44,200 nt of DNA from a virus (taxonomy: Duplodnaviria > Caudoviricetes), in IMG/VR virus record IMGVR_UViG_3300046717_000073, positions 1 through 44,200 of that record. One strand, 5' to 3'. The translations under genes were made by a program, and so were the position numbers. The notes under the pieces were generated by a model. The model was not told where the DNA came from, made no database searches, and was given only the letters and a program-made list of their open reading frames with translations. Positions 34,363 to 44,064 of this stretch are shown here, piece by piece. Position 1 is the first letter of the stretch. Each line of letters opens with the position of its first letter.

Positions 34363-34737
34363 ATGTTCCTCAGTGCTTTCGTCAAGGATGACGCTGTTAC
34401 CGTCCACTCAAGCCGTTGCAGCCATGTTGTCCGCGACTGGCGCAAGTACGGCCAGCCGGTTGTGGCCAACGCTGAGTCCGAGATGGGTCTCATGCGTCAA
34501 CTCAAGGCTCTTGGTATCAGGGTTCACAGTGTCCGTGTGATGCCGTGTGCTGGCCTCCCTGAGGGGTTCTGGAGTCAGACTCCCAGTGGTGCGCAGCTGA
34601 AGCTTCTGAGTACCCGTGAGGGCGCACGACAGGCCACCAAGCGCATTGAGCGGCAGGTGGCCAAGGAATGGCAGGGCGTTGTCAATGACATGTCGCCCTA
34701 TCTCCGTGAGGCTTTTGGCCTTACTCGTGAAAACTGA
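34363..34737 (+). CDS. Hypothetical protein
   Basis: 124 aa; VRVMPC motif also present in 27279-28412. Confidence 0.7.
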   Translation: MFLSAFVKDDAVTVHSSRCSHVVRDWRKYGQPVVANAESEMGLMRQLKALGIRVHSVRVMPCAGLPEGFWSQTPSGAQLKLLSTREGARQATKRIERQVAKEWQGVVNDMSPYLREAFGLTREN

Positions 34738-34878
34738 TAGGTAGTTATATGGCAAAAATGCTGGGTAAGATGGGTCAGCCGTTCTGTGGTAGCAAGTGCT
34801 GCGGAGAACACCGCGCAGGCAGAAAACACACCCGCAGAATGAAACGCTCTGAGCGTCAGAAGTGGCGCGAGAACTTGG

Positions 34879-34933
34879 ACTAGACGCATTGCATTCTTCT
34901 AAGCCTGTCTTAGAGGAGTGTTGTACGCCTAGT
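34879..34933 (+). promoter_or_regulatory. Conserved intergenic hairpin element
   Basis: TAG-ACGCA-TT-GCATTC...GAGTGT-TG-TACGC-CTA. Confidence 0.65.
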
Positions 34934-34944
34934 AGGGAGTAACA

Positions 34945-35298
34945 ATGGAAAACTATGGAACCACTTGGGTGTGTGGCAACTGTCTGCACCACCATGCGAA
35001 TGGTGAGTGTGGAGATTGCTACTCAGATCATGGGCACGATGAAGAGCCGTTGAGTGCCATTGAATGGCCTTTCACGGTGGCTATGGGAATGGGTTGGGAA
35101 GATCACGATAGCGAGTGTTTGACCTTCATTGTCAATGGTCTTAAGGACTCATTCCCTGACATGAATTGGCCGGAAGTTCCAGGAAATTACGAGTGTGACT
35201 GTGGGATTCTGAAGCACAGTACAGCTATCTGCTTGGGCTGTAATTCATGGCTCCACGGTGAACGACACGCAATGACCCTATTCAAGAATGAGGCGTAA
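34945..35298 (+). CDS. Cys/His-rich hypothetical protein
   Basis: 117 aa, GGGAG RBS. Confidence 0.7.
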   Translation: MENYGTTWVCGNCLHHHANGECGDCYSDHGHDEEPLSAIEWPFTVAMGMGWEDHDSECLTFIVNGLKDSFPDMNWPEVPGNYECDCGILKHSTAICLGCNSWLHGERHAMTLFKNEA

Positions 35299-35300
35299 TA

Positions 35301-35537
35301 ATGGATTTCGACGTTACTCGCGCAGCCGTTAAGGACTTCAATACTTTTCGTACCAATAAAGTCGTTCTCATTGGAACGGATGTTTACTATCTCAAGGGCA
35401 ATTGCTACAACAAGGAAACCCTTACCCTTGAAACAGGAGTAGTGTTGTATGTCAATGATGGCCGTGTAATAGTTCTTGACGACAAGACTAATGAAATGTG
35501 GGATGTAGACAGGTCTAAGGTCACTCTCAAGGACTAG
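35301..35537 (+). CDS. Hypothetical protein
   Basis: 78 aa. Confidence 0.65.
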   Translation: MDFDVTRAAVKDFNTFRTNKVVLIGTDVYYLKGNCYNKETLTLETGVVLYVNDGRVIVLDDKTNEMWDVDRSKVTLKD

Positions 35538-35620
35538 ACGGCTTTACTCATTCTCGGGTTGAATCCCGAGAGTGGGTATGGCAGGGTAGATCTTGTCAGA
35601 AAGAAACGAAGGGAAACTCG

Positions 35621-35899
35621 ATGACCGAAATTCAGATCATGCTCGCTGTTGCCAACAACCCGCGTGTAGTCCAGTACCGCAAGGCTATTCAGATCATGCA
35701 CCGAAAGATGACGTCCGTGTACGGTGCCGACTATGCCTGTGCTCCGATCCTTGAGAGCACTTCTAAGGACAGCCGACGCCGTGAGTCGCCCATTGGTCAC
35801 ACGAGGATGACTGATGCCGACTGGCAGCGTTTTGAAAGTCTCCTTCGTGGTGCTGCTCTTGTCCGTCAGAGTGTTCGTGAAAGCCTTTTGGGAGCATAA
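35621..35899 (+). CDS. Hypothetical protein
   Basis: 92 aa. Confidence 0.65.
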   Translation: MTEIQIMLAVANNPRVVQYRKAIQIMHRKMTSVYGADYACAPILESTSKDSRRRESPIGHTRMTDADWQRFESLLRGAALVRQSVRESLLGA

Positions 35900-36094
35900 G
35901 TGTTCTACAACATCACCTGCGTATTCGCGGGTAATTCACACTCAATAACACTCACCAATAGAGAATTGCGCGAAATAAACAACTTGCGGGACTGTATGAA
36001 TAAGAAAGGAATATTCGTCGACACTAATATGCACGGTAACATAACTATCATCGACACTGCCAAAATCGTTTACGTTTCTGCCATTAAGATCTGA
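35900..36094 (+). CDS. Hypothetical protein
   Basis: 64 aa, GGGAG RBS. Confidence 0.55.
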   Translation: MFYNITCVFAGNSHSITLTNRELREINNLRDCMNKKGIFVDTNMHGNITIIDTAKIVYVSAIKI

Positions 36095-36111
36095 AATAGG
36101 AGACTATCTAA

Positions 36112-36696
36112 ATGCTCGTTCTTAAGAAGACTGACGACGCCGCTGATCTCGACGGAGTCACCCACTTCTCTGTGGGTGTTTCCTGGGACACTACCGCTGG
36201 TAGCTCTGGTGGCCTCTGGGGCAAGATCAAGAAGAGTGTGGGCACTGACCTTGATCTGATTGCTGTTGCCTGTCAGGGCAACGAACCTGTTCGCCTTGCT
36301 GGTCTGGATTCTCTCGACCCGTTCGGCAACGGCTCTCTCGTTCACTCGGGAGACAACCAGTCGGGTAAGGGTGAAGGTGACGATGAACTTGTCACCATCG
36401 ACTTTGCCCGAGTTCCTTCGAATGTGGATTCCATCGTCTTTGTCGGCGCTGCTTATAAGAAGTTGAGTTCTTTTGAGAATGCGAAGAACATTTCTCTCAA
36501 GGTCTATGACGCTTCGGGTGGTTCTTCTACTCAGGTTGCCGATATCTGGCCGAGTCTCCTTGCCACTGGTAATGCTATTCGGATTGCGAAGGCTTTCCGA
36601 GTTGATAGTTCATGGCAGTTCAAGGTGCTTGACCAGCGTGGCCCTGTGACTCAGGGTGACGAAAAGTCCCTCTTGCGCTTCGCTGTTGGCACCTGA
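36112..36696 (+). CDS. TerD-family stress-response protein
   Basis: VGVSWD, DLDL, LVHSGDNQSGKGEGDDELVTIDFARVP. Confidence 0.88.
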   Translation: MLVLKKTDDAADLDGVTHFSVGVSWDTTAGSSGGLWGKIKKSVGTDLDLIAVACQGNEPVRLAGLDSLDPFGNGSLVHSGDNQSGKGEGDDELVTIDFARVPSNVDSIVFVGAAYKKLSSFENAKNISLKVYDASGGSSTQVADIWPSLLATGNAIRIAKAFRVDSSWQFKVLDQRGPVTQGDEKSLLRFAVGT

Positions 36697-36739
36697 TAGT
36701 CTTCCTACATCGCACCACGGACACAGAAGAGAGCTAGAA

Positions 36740-36937
36740 ATGCTGATGAATCCTCCGTACACGCTTGTCCGTAACGATCACTACGTGGTCACCAATGACA
36801 AGCGGATCACGTTCGGTCTGAATCTTCCGCTCACTCAAAAGGCCGCAAAGTCTTTCGCCAAGCAGTATGGCGGACGAGTAATCCTGAGGCCTACGGCTCG
36901 TAAGCGTGGACTCTTCCCCAAGACGCACACTGTCTAG
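36740..36937 (+). CDS. Hypothetical protein
   Basis: MLMNPPYT... Confidence 0.5.
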   Translation: MLMNPPYTLVRNDHYVVTNDKRITFGLNLPLTQKAAKSFAKQYGGRVILRPTARKRGLFPKTHTV

Positions 36938-37185
36938 TCAGCTTTACTCGTTTCTATTCCGAAAGGAATAGCGGCGGGTATGGATTACTAGGAGGAATGA
37001 TGCTTAAAAGAATAGGCGAGGGAATAGCACTCCTTATAGGAATTCCTCTCTTCTTCATTCTCGCTCTTACTACTGTCGTCGGCTTGTTCTGGATAGGAAG
37101 TAACCTCTGATGTTCACCTCATTTTGTGTCGCGTTCACAGTTACAGTTTTCGTCGTCAAGATTGCTCAGAAGCTGGGAATCTGAA

Positions 37186-37455
37186 ATGACTTCCTACGTC
37201 AAACACGTCAACCTGACAACCGTCAAGCAATTGACTGTCTCAACTGTGCTCTTCACCAACGGACAGTATGAGACAGTAATCTTCAACGGCCACGTAGGTA
37301 GAGTAGCCCGTAAGGTGCAGGAACGGGAATATTACAACGGTATTGCTACACCTGGTAAGTTTCTGATAGTAGGTATGCAATACCGACACTTCACAAAGCG
37401 TGAAGCCATGAAGATCCACCGTACATTCGTACAGCTTTTGAACTCGTATGCTTAG
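37186..37455 (+). CDS. Hypothetical protein
   Basis: TVSTV...YETVIFN motif, paralogous to next gene. Confidence 0.6.
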   Translation: MTSYVKHVNLTTVKQLTVSTVLFTNGQYETVIFNGHVGRVARKVQEREYYNGIATPGKFLIVGMQYRHFTKREAMKIHRTFVQLLNSYA

Positions 37456-37533
37456 TGGCTTGACAGGATGGTAGACAGCGCGCTACTGTCCTCTCAGGTT
37501 CCTAACCAAGAGGGAACCAAACGAAAGAGGCTG

Positions 37534-37854
37534 ATGATGGAACCGCGTATTGTAGTTGACGAAACGACCCACGGAGCTTTTTCCATCTCCACGATTGTCA
37601 CTCGTTCGTATTTCGAAACCCGTGTTTTCAACAATAGTGGTGACGAAATTCCTGAGGGTATAAAGCTTGCAATCAAGAATCGGGATCACTGGACATCTAA
37701 GGACTACGACACGGTTGCCGTTAATCAAGATCGGGAATCCGTGGAATCGTATTCCCACTCAGACGCTGAAGATATACATTTCGCTATGAGTGCTGAGGTT
37801 GCCCGCTTCCTCACCACGCACACACGTACAGTGACTTACGTTCCCAACAAGTAG
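37534..37854 (+). CDS. Hypothetical protein
   Basis: SISTI...FETRVFN; upstream TTGACA-N18-TACTGT. Confidence 0.6.
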   Translation: MMEPRIVVDETTHGAFSISTIVTRSYFETRVFNNSGDEIPEGIKLAIKNRDHWTSKDYDTVAVNQDRESVESYSHSDAEDIHFAMSAEVARFLTTHTRTVTYVPNK

Positions 37855-37881
37855 TGGGCTTGACTCACCTTAGGACTTGGC

Positions 37882-37911
37882 TTGACAGCATGTACTGCAT
37901 GTGCCTAAGAT
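37882..37911 (+). promoter_or_regulatory. HrdB-type promoter
   Basis: TTGACA-N18-TAAGAT. Confidence 0.65.
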
Positions 37912-37954
37912 GGGTCTAGCTTCCTAAAGGGGAAGCGCACAAGGAGGAAACACA

Positions 37955-38803
37955 ATGGCTTCACGTAAGACCAGTACTGAGACTGTAAGCCCTGTTGAGG
38001 CTTTCGTAGCTCTTCAGACGTTCGAAGCCACTGAGGCCGATCCGGTTTCGAACGGTGACCTTGCGGACGATCAGAAGTGGGATCACACCGCTACGTTCAA
38101 GGCCATGGAGATTCTTGCAGATGCTGAACTGGTTGACTCACAGGGTCGTGGACTGACCACTGAGTGGTTCATCCTGACTCCGGACGTCACCGCTGAGAAC
38201 GCTGAGAGCATCGCTCAGGAGGCTCTCAAGGGCTTCACTCCGCCCAAGCCTGTTGCGGCCACCAAGGCGGATCAGGAGCGTACTGAGGGCGTTCAGCGCA
38301 TCATGAGCAAGGTAGAGGCTAAGAAGGTTAAGGACGCTGAGGCTCGTGAGCGTCTAGAGTACGCTGTTCGCGCTGCTGAGTCTCAGGATGGTGTCATAAG
38401 TCAGGCGCCCGAGTTCACGGCTGAGACTCTCGAACTTCCCACTCACCTGGAAGGTTCGGGAAATGTGAATGAGGAGTGGGTCAGTCTGTCTGTGGATGCT
38501 CCGAAGGTTGCTGCGGCTGTTGAGGCTTTGATTGAGAAGCTGAAGACTCTGCCTGACAAGGGACTTGACCAGTTCGTTGACGCTGAGACTGGCGACATGG
38601 TGTATGAGAGTTCCATTGAGAAGAATGGACTCAAGCTCGATGAGCCCAGCGAGGTTCTTCCGTGCCCGGCTGGTGTGAATGCGAATGTGTGGGACCTGGC
38701 CAATACGGCCATCACTCAGACTGCGCGGGATTACTGGGCAAAGATTGCTAAGCAGGATGCGGAAGAGTACGCAGCGAACAATGGTGCTCCCGCTCCCTTC
38801 TAG
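37955..38803 (+). CDS. Acidic hypothetical protein
   Basis: 282 aa, AAGGAGG RBS, followed by terminator. Confidence 0.8.
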   Translation: MASRKTSTETVSPVEAFVALQTFEATEADPVSNGDLADDQKWDHTATFKAMEILADAELVDSQGRGLTTEWFILTPDVTAENAESIAQEALKGFTPPKPVAATKADQERTEGVQRIMSKVEAKKVKDAEARERLEYAVRAAESQDGVISQAPEFTAETLELPTHLEGSGNVNEEWVSLSVDAPKVAAAVEALIEKLKTLPDKGLDQFVDAETGDMVYESSIEKNGLKLDEPSEVLPCPAGVNANVWDLANTAITQTARDYWAKIAKQDAEEYAANNGAPAPF

Positions 38804-38813
38804 TTGAAATACG

Positions 38814-38854
38814 AAAAGTCCCACATTCTCAGAAATGGGAATGTGGGACTTTTT
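38814..38854 (+). terminator. Intrinsic terminator
   Basis: AAAAGTCCCACATT...AATGTGGGACTTTTT. Confidence 0.8.
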
Positions 38855-39381
38855 GCTGTCTGGACACAAAAGCTCTGACGCTTCGCTCTTAAAAGCTTTG
38901 TATGGCTCTGTAGCTAGATCCTTTAGAGTCTGGGTCTCTGTGTCCACTGAGAGGCTGGCAGGCTCTTAGACGGGCAGCTAGGTATCTTCCTGAGCCTGTC
39001 AGTGGCTAGCTCCATGCTGGAACTCGTGAGTGTGGATGGCTATCGCCTGAATCTGCTTACGAGCTGTCTCCTTGGACTGCGGATGCTTACTGAATGTCTT
39101 GTCGGTACCTTTATGAGCGGCCTTATATCCTCCGCGTACTTTTCTGACTTCGTATGGCACTGGCTTACTCCTTACTGGCTAGGCATGTAGAAGCCTCTGA
39201 GGGGGCCGTAGAGACACTGACAGACGGCTTAGGTGTGGAAGTGCCACTGTCACTCTTGAAGGCTGTCACAGAGGCAGCTACGCCTGTTGTCAGCACTGCT
39301 GAGAGAATGACGTGAGTACATGTCTTCTTGGTCCATAACTTTACTGAGGGTTGATTGGGCATTAATACTCCAATAGGGAAT

Positions 39382-39429
39382 AAAAAACGGGTATACCCCC
39401 AATTCTATAAGAACTGAGGGTATACCCGG
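39382..39429 (-). terminator. Intrinsic terminator
   Basis: CGGGTATACCC...GGGTATACCCG followed by TTTTTT on - strand. Confidence 0.75.
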
Positions 39430-39442
39430 TAATTAAGGCTAT

Positions 39443-39679
39443 TTAGTTGTCGTCGTCTTTCTCAACAGGATGCCATGCACTCTCGTCATAGGTAATGGTC
39501 ACCTTGGAATCGTGGTCGAGAATGAGATCCTTTTCGTCACTGCTGTACCATGCACGGACAACATAGTCCCCAGCCACCATTTCAGCGTCGGACAGAGCAA
39601 CGAAGGTACGTCCCAAAGCATCTGTGACCTGATCATCAGTATGAATTTCAGAAGGAGACTGACCAACCCATGTACCCAT
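39443..39679 (-). CDS. Hypothetical protein
   Basis: MGTWVGQ... after GAAAGG. Confidence 0.65.
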   Translation of the reverse strand: MGTWVGQSPSEIHTDDQVTDALGRTFVALSDAEMVAGDYVVRAWYSSDEKDLILDHDSKVTITYDESAWHPVEKDDDN

Positions 39680-39763
39680 TAAAAAGCCTTTCCAGGTAAA
39701 GCAGACTGACCGTTTAGCCAATCATAACCGCTTCCCAAGGAATTGGGAAACGATTAAAACTGT

Positions 39764-40336
39764 CTATCCGAAGTAGTAAACTTCATCGTTGAATTCGATT
39801 ACAACTGAGGATTCCTGAGAAGCGATGTTTTCAAGAGTATTCTTCCAGAAACTATCGTCAGTAGCCATCCAATCGGGGAACATATCCGCATCAACGAACT
39901 TCAGGTCCCAGTGGTTTTCCCCTGCAACCTGCTCATAACGCTTGCAGAAAACCTCGGTCCATTGGCGGACAACGTCCTCATGGTCAGAGCCACGGAACCA
40001 AACGTGGTCATCCCAGTTGAGAACTTCCGAACTCGGCATTTCCTTGAGAAAAGCAACCACGATATCGACGTTGTACTCTTCAGCACAGAAAGTATCGAAT
40101 GCGTCGCAGAGATCCGTAATGCTTCCCTGATCAATGGAATCCCAGATCTCCTCAACGAAGGAGGCCCCGTCAACTACAGCCGACACAACCTCATAGCCAA
40201 TGCTGTACAGCGATGCGAGAGCACCGTGCAGCCTGCCCTCATGGATCTCGCCAACCTTGAGAGTACGGAAGTCCCCGCCATTCTCATCAACATTCCCACG
40301 AAGGAGAGTGACCTCAAGCGAACTGAACTGAGCCAT
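39764..40336 (-). CDS. Acidic hypothetical protein
   Basis: MAQFSS... after GAAAGG. Confidence 0.7.
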   Translation of the reverse strand: MAQFSSLEVTLLRGNVDENGGDFRTLKVGEIHEGRLHGALASLYSIGYEVVSAVVDGASFVEEIWDSIDQGSITDLCDAFDTFCAEEYNVDIVVAFLKEMPSSEVLNWDDHVWFRGSDHEDVVRQWTEVFCKRYEQVAGENHWDLKFVDADMFPDWMATDDSFWKNTLENIASQESSVVIEFNDEVYYFG

Positions 40337-40412
40337 TGTAAAGCCTTTCATCGCTTCCCGGTTTAGGAAGACATAGAGACTTTCCCCTTTCGGGAAAAAT
40401 CCCTAAATCTCA

Positions 40413-40766
40413 CTAGTCCTTTGAAAGGAAAACGTTAACAAGCCACATCTTAACCAGCGCCATAGCGCTAGCGTCAATAGTCCAGTTCGATTGACCCCCG
40501 TAAAGATTCAGGGGATAGCCACTCTGACGCTCTAGCAGAGTCTCGACGCTGTATGCGTTCACGAATTGACCGTGTTGGTGCACAGGCTGAGTCATCGTAT
40601 ACCGCGTATCGTAGAAAGCAACTTCCGGCACATCTTCCAGCGAACCGTCATTGAGCATTCGGTTACCGAAAGCCACACGGAAAGAAATTCCCTTATCCGT
40701 GACGATATCGATAAGACGCTGAGGAACCGTGACAGTCTTGCGAGGAACTGCATTCTGAACATTCAT
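40413..40766 (-). CDS. Hypothetical phage protein
   Basis: VAFYDTRY...GQFVNAYSVETLL...LNLYGG..WTIDA; start uncertain. Confidence 0.7.
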   Translation of the reverse strand: MNVQNAVPRKTVTVPQRLIDIVTDKGISFRVAFGNRMLNDGSLEDVPEVAFYDTRYTMTQPVHQHGQFVNAYSVETLLERQSGYPLNLYGGQSNWTIDASAMALVKMWLVNVFLSKD

Positions 40767-40826
40767 GATCCTTGCCTCTCTAGCGGACATTACCGCCTAG
40801 GTACAAGACCTAGACGATAAAGAGCA

Positions 40827-41069
40827 CTAGGGAAGGTATTCGAAACGGACTAGGCAACCATTACCGTTGTCCATGCTGAACTGGAATCCCTGAGAATGGA
40901 ATTCATGTGCCCAGTTGTGCAGCGTACATTCCGTGAACTCCTGAGAAGCGGTACAAGCCAAATTCTCTTCCAGGGATCGAAACACGCTTTCTGGGGTATC
41001 TCCTGACAAGCGTGTGTCAAGAAGTTCGACACCCTCAGCATCAATGTCCATGATCAGAATCTGTGGCAC
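40827..41069 (-). CDS. Hypothetical protein
   Basis: GGAGG RBS, GTG start; upstream TTGACA-N17-TAGAGT. Confidence 0.65.
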   Translation of the reverse strand: MPQILIMDIDAEGVELLDTRLSGDTPESVFRSLEENLACTASQEFTECTLHNWAHEFHSQGFQFSMDNGNGCLVRFEYLP

Positions 41070-41103
41070 TCTCTGTCCCTCCGTTGTTCCGATGAGTAGA
41101 ACT

Positions 41104-41472
41104 CTAAGCGGACTGAGTCAGGCTGTCAAGCCCGGGGTGTCCAAGTTCTCTGGCCTTTTCGATACGCTCTGTGAGACTCATGCCGCTAACAGCAACACCC
41201 CTGTTGTTCAGCCACTGTACCAACTGGCCTTTAGGGGCATGCTTGTGCTCGGCTGCATGCTGCTCTCTGCGCTTCTCTGCGTCCTCTTGTGAGGGCACAC
41301 ATGGCGTTGTACGGTCCTGATTGTGCTTGCGTACTCCGCCGTATCCCTCAGCAGGCAGGGCGTACCGATCGCAGTAAGGGCAGGGAATCATGTTGCTCGT
41401 AGGTTTGGGCAGGGGCTTTACCGCTTCCGCTACTGCAAGGAACGGCTTGCCCTTCCGTGTAATCTTTGGCAT
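41104..41472 (-). CDS. Hypothetical protein with CPYC motif
   Basis: MPKITRK...CPYCDR...H...C. Confidence 0.55.
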   Translation of the reverse strand: MPKITRKGKPFLAVAEAVKPLPKPTSNMIPCPYCDRYALPAEGYGGVRKHNQDRTTPCVPSQEDAEKRREQHAAEHKHAPKGQLVQWLNNRGVAVSGMSLTERIEKARELGHPGLDSLTQSA

Positions 41473-41768
41473 GGGTAGGACAGTACACATGAAACCTCAG
41501 GAACGCAACACCTGTCCTCTGAGAGGCTTGGGGAGACACAGTGGCACTCGGATGCTAGTCTCCTCTCATACACACGCACACGGGCATACAGAGCTTCACA
41601 GAGGGGGTTGCACACCACACCCGAGTGTGATTTGATAGAGGCATCGAACGGAGCGCTTGCGCTCTAAGGCCCATGGCTGGGGCTTCTCATCAGCCACCTA
41701 TGGATTCAAACCAGCCGACCCCTTTTACCTGAATCAGACAAAGGGGACAACTCCGACTTAGGAGACAT

Positions 41769-42023
41769 ATGTACAGCATGTCAGACATTGCTGATGCTCT
41801 CATGATCCACAGGGAGCTTCATGATCAGATGCCATTCCAGAATGTTCTAGTACAGATGACCAAGCTTGAACAGGAAAAGCTGATCGATATCCTTTCTGAA
41901 ATGTATATGGTTAAAACAATTATGGAACCCAAGGCCTGGTACGACTCTGAGCCTGCTTGGTCCAGGGATGAGAAATATATCTGGGTCTGGGTTGAGAGTA
42001 CTCCAGAGACAATTCCACTTTAA
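41769..42023 (+). CDS. Hypothetical protein
   Basis: AGGAG RBS; ends at bidirectional terminator 42031-42077. Confidence 0.65.
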   Translation: MYSMSDIADALMIHRELHDQMPFQNVLVQMTKLEQEKLIDILSEMYMVKTIMEPKAWYDSEPAWSRDEKYIWVWVESTPETIPL

Positions 42024-42108
42024 TTAGCACATAGAAATAGCCACAGATTCCGCTAAGGTTTCTGTGGCTATTTCTATTTAGCTTATGTTAAGAATTCCGA
42101 TTGGGTTT

Positions 42109-42378
42109 TCAGGACAATAACTGATCCCAGTCCATATCTTTTACTGAATGACGGGCAGCATGAAGAGCCTCAAGGAAAAGATGGAGGTATTCAAGCTCTT
42201 CCCCTGAGATAACAATGTCTGTCATATGATTCGGCTCGTCAATAGTTATGCCGATTCTGTCCAGATCATAGGCAGACAGAACAAGACCTGAATCAAACTC
42301 TGCCACTAAACCTTCCCCATGAAGGAGATCATCAACCATACTGTCGAATACATCAATTTCCTCAGACATAACCGTCAC
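42109..42378 (-). CDS. Acidic hypothetical protein
   Basis: 89 aa. Confidence 0.6.
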   Translation of the reverse strand: MTVMSEEIDVFDSMVDDLLHGEGLVAEFDSGLVLSAYDLDRIGITIDEPNHMTDIVISGEELEYLHLFLEALHAARHSVKDMDWDQLLS

Positions 42379-42556
42379 CCCAGCACTCTATACAGTCGAC
42401 ATCTTCATAACGATCTAAACCTGTTCCAAAACAAGCGTTACATTTTATAGGAGTATCTTCCCATTCATGTTCCAACAAGAAATCTGATTCCTCGTCAAAA
42501 TACTCATCAGTGTTAAACTCTTCTATTTCAGTCATTTGATAGTTACTACTGTCCAT
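42362..42556 (-). CDS. Small DnaJ-type zinc-finger protein
   Basis: CNACFGTG...CIECWGDG. Confidence 0.65.
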   Translation of the reverse strand: MDSSNYQMTEIEEFNTDEYFDEESDFLLEHEWEDTPIKCNACFGTGLDRYEDVDCIECWGDGYV

Positions 42557-42561
42557 ATCTA

Positions 42562-44064
42562 TTAGAATACTTCTTCTGCATCAATTATTCCCAGTTGGTT
42601 AGCAATACTCTGAGGATCTTGTGGCGCTTCTAGCTGTCGTAAGGTTGAAGTATCTCCCATACTGCCAAAGATTTTATCCACAATTCCAGGCTGCCCTTGT
42701 TGCTTGGCACTTATTGTAAGGGAGAACCCTTCCTGTTCCATTTCGTGCTTGGTCTTGGCCATCTTGACCAGGCGATCCATTTCGTTGGAAAGGATAGGAT
42801 CTGCATGTCCTCCCTCAGCGTCTTCCGCCATTTTCATGAACAATACACGCTGAGTCTGGATTTCTACCAAGGTATCCATAAGTGCCTGAGCCTGATCCTT
42901 GGTACGGATTGTAATAGGAATATCATACGCGCATGTTGAGTTTTCTTCAAACATAGGACACTTCTGGGCAAGAAAACAGGTGTCACAAAGGCGCATGGAG
43001 TCACTGCGACTCTTTAGTTTGGGTGAAGCAACAGTTTCAAGTTCACCACTGTGCGGATTACGTCTCTTCTCTAGATTTTCTTCCAGATCAATGAGTGGAA
43101 TAAGCACTCTCTGCTTAGGATCTCTCTGATTTACAGTTGGTAGTGTCTTACGTACTGGCTCAATGACACCACCAACTTCATCATCGTAGTTTTCCAGGTT
43201 ATCCTCTTCAGGCATTTCCACCTTTGTAGTTACTCCTCTATTGGATTTAGCATTAATTGACCCTACAAATTGTGACCAGGACCACAAAGACAGACGTAAT
43301 AGTTCCTTAGGATCATCCTTCAGGATCTTCTCCATATCGAAACCAGCAGCTTCGATAACGAATCTTTCTTTACGTCTTGCCTGTTCCTTCTGATCCTTCG
43401 AATAGCTTTTTAATTGATTATGGGACCAGACGAATGTGGAACCATACTTTTGTGGGGAAACCCAGGAAGTAGAAGACACAGACGTCCAGTTGACCGCCTG
43501 CATAATATCCTGCTTGGTCATGGCTAATCCGTGAAGCTCAATCCCCCGTGATGCCATTCTATTGAGCACAAGGACAAGATCTCTTCCGTTGAGATGAGTC
43601 TGAGCAATTCCAACCTTTCCGAATCGTTCTCCCAGCTCGTACAAATCATCCACTTGCTTATCACCGGCTTTTGGGTGCCAGACTGGTAAGAACTTGTCGA
43701 ATAGGACATCTCTAAGGGATTCCCGTTGATTCTCAATATAGTGGTCACCCAACTGTAAAGCGTCGAATTCCGAGTAGAGTTCGAGTTCGTTGATATTGTC
43801 AGCCACCCACCCATAATAATGCTCCGCTATCTCCTTGAGTTCTTCATTTGAATACTTCTGTTCTTTTGCCGAATTGAGAACCTGACAGCCTGAATCCACG
43901 AACAGTGAGTGTTCTTGAGGAAAATACTTACTGACATTCCATGGATTATTGAAGTTGGTTCTCTTGCGTAATCCCAAATAAGACAGGGAACTCCAAGGAG
44001 TTCCCGTCTCTTTTATTAAATTCCTATATGTTGGAAGGTGCGAACCACCAAAAAATAGCTTAAT
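42562..44064 (-). CDS. tRNA-guanine transglycosylase-fold-like protein with C-terminal Cys cluster
   Basis: LFVDSG, FLPVWH, LHGLA, SVSSTSW; CDTC...CP...C; ORF is solid, function tentative, start possibly ATT at 44064. Confidence 0.5.
   Translation of the reverse strand: MKLFFGGSHLPTYRNLIKETGTPWSSLSYLGLRKRTNFNNPWNVSKYFPQEHSLFVDSGCQVLNSAKEQKYSNEELKEIAEHYYGWVADNINELELYSEFDALQLGDHYIENQRESLRDVLFDKFLPVWHPKAGDKQVDDLYELGERFGKVGIAQTHLNGRDLVLVLNRMASRGIELHGLAMTKQDIMQAVNWTSVSSTSWVSPQKYGSTFVWSHNQLKSYSKDQKEQARRKERFVIEAAGFDMEKILKDDPKELLRLSLWSWSQFVGSINAKSNRGVTTKVEMPEEDNLENYDDEVGGVIEPVRKTLPTVNQRDPKQRVLIPLIDLEENLEKRRNPHSGELETVASPKLKSRSDSMRLCDTCFLAQKCPMFEENSTCAYDIPITIRTKDQAQALMDTLVEIQTQRVLFMKMAEDAEGGHADPILSNEMDRLVKMAKTKHEMEQEGFSLTISAKQQGQPGIVDKIFGSMGDTSTLRQLEAPQDPQSIANQLGIIDAEEVF

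Noticed and set aside
38354-38947. 197-aa - strand ORF
   Set aside because: Antisense to 37955-38803 and crosses its terminator
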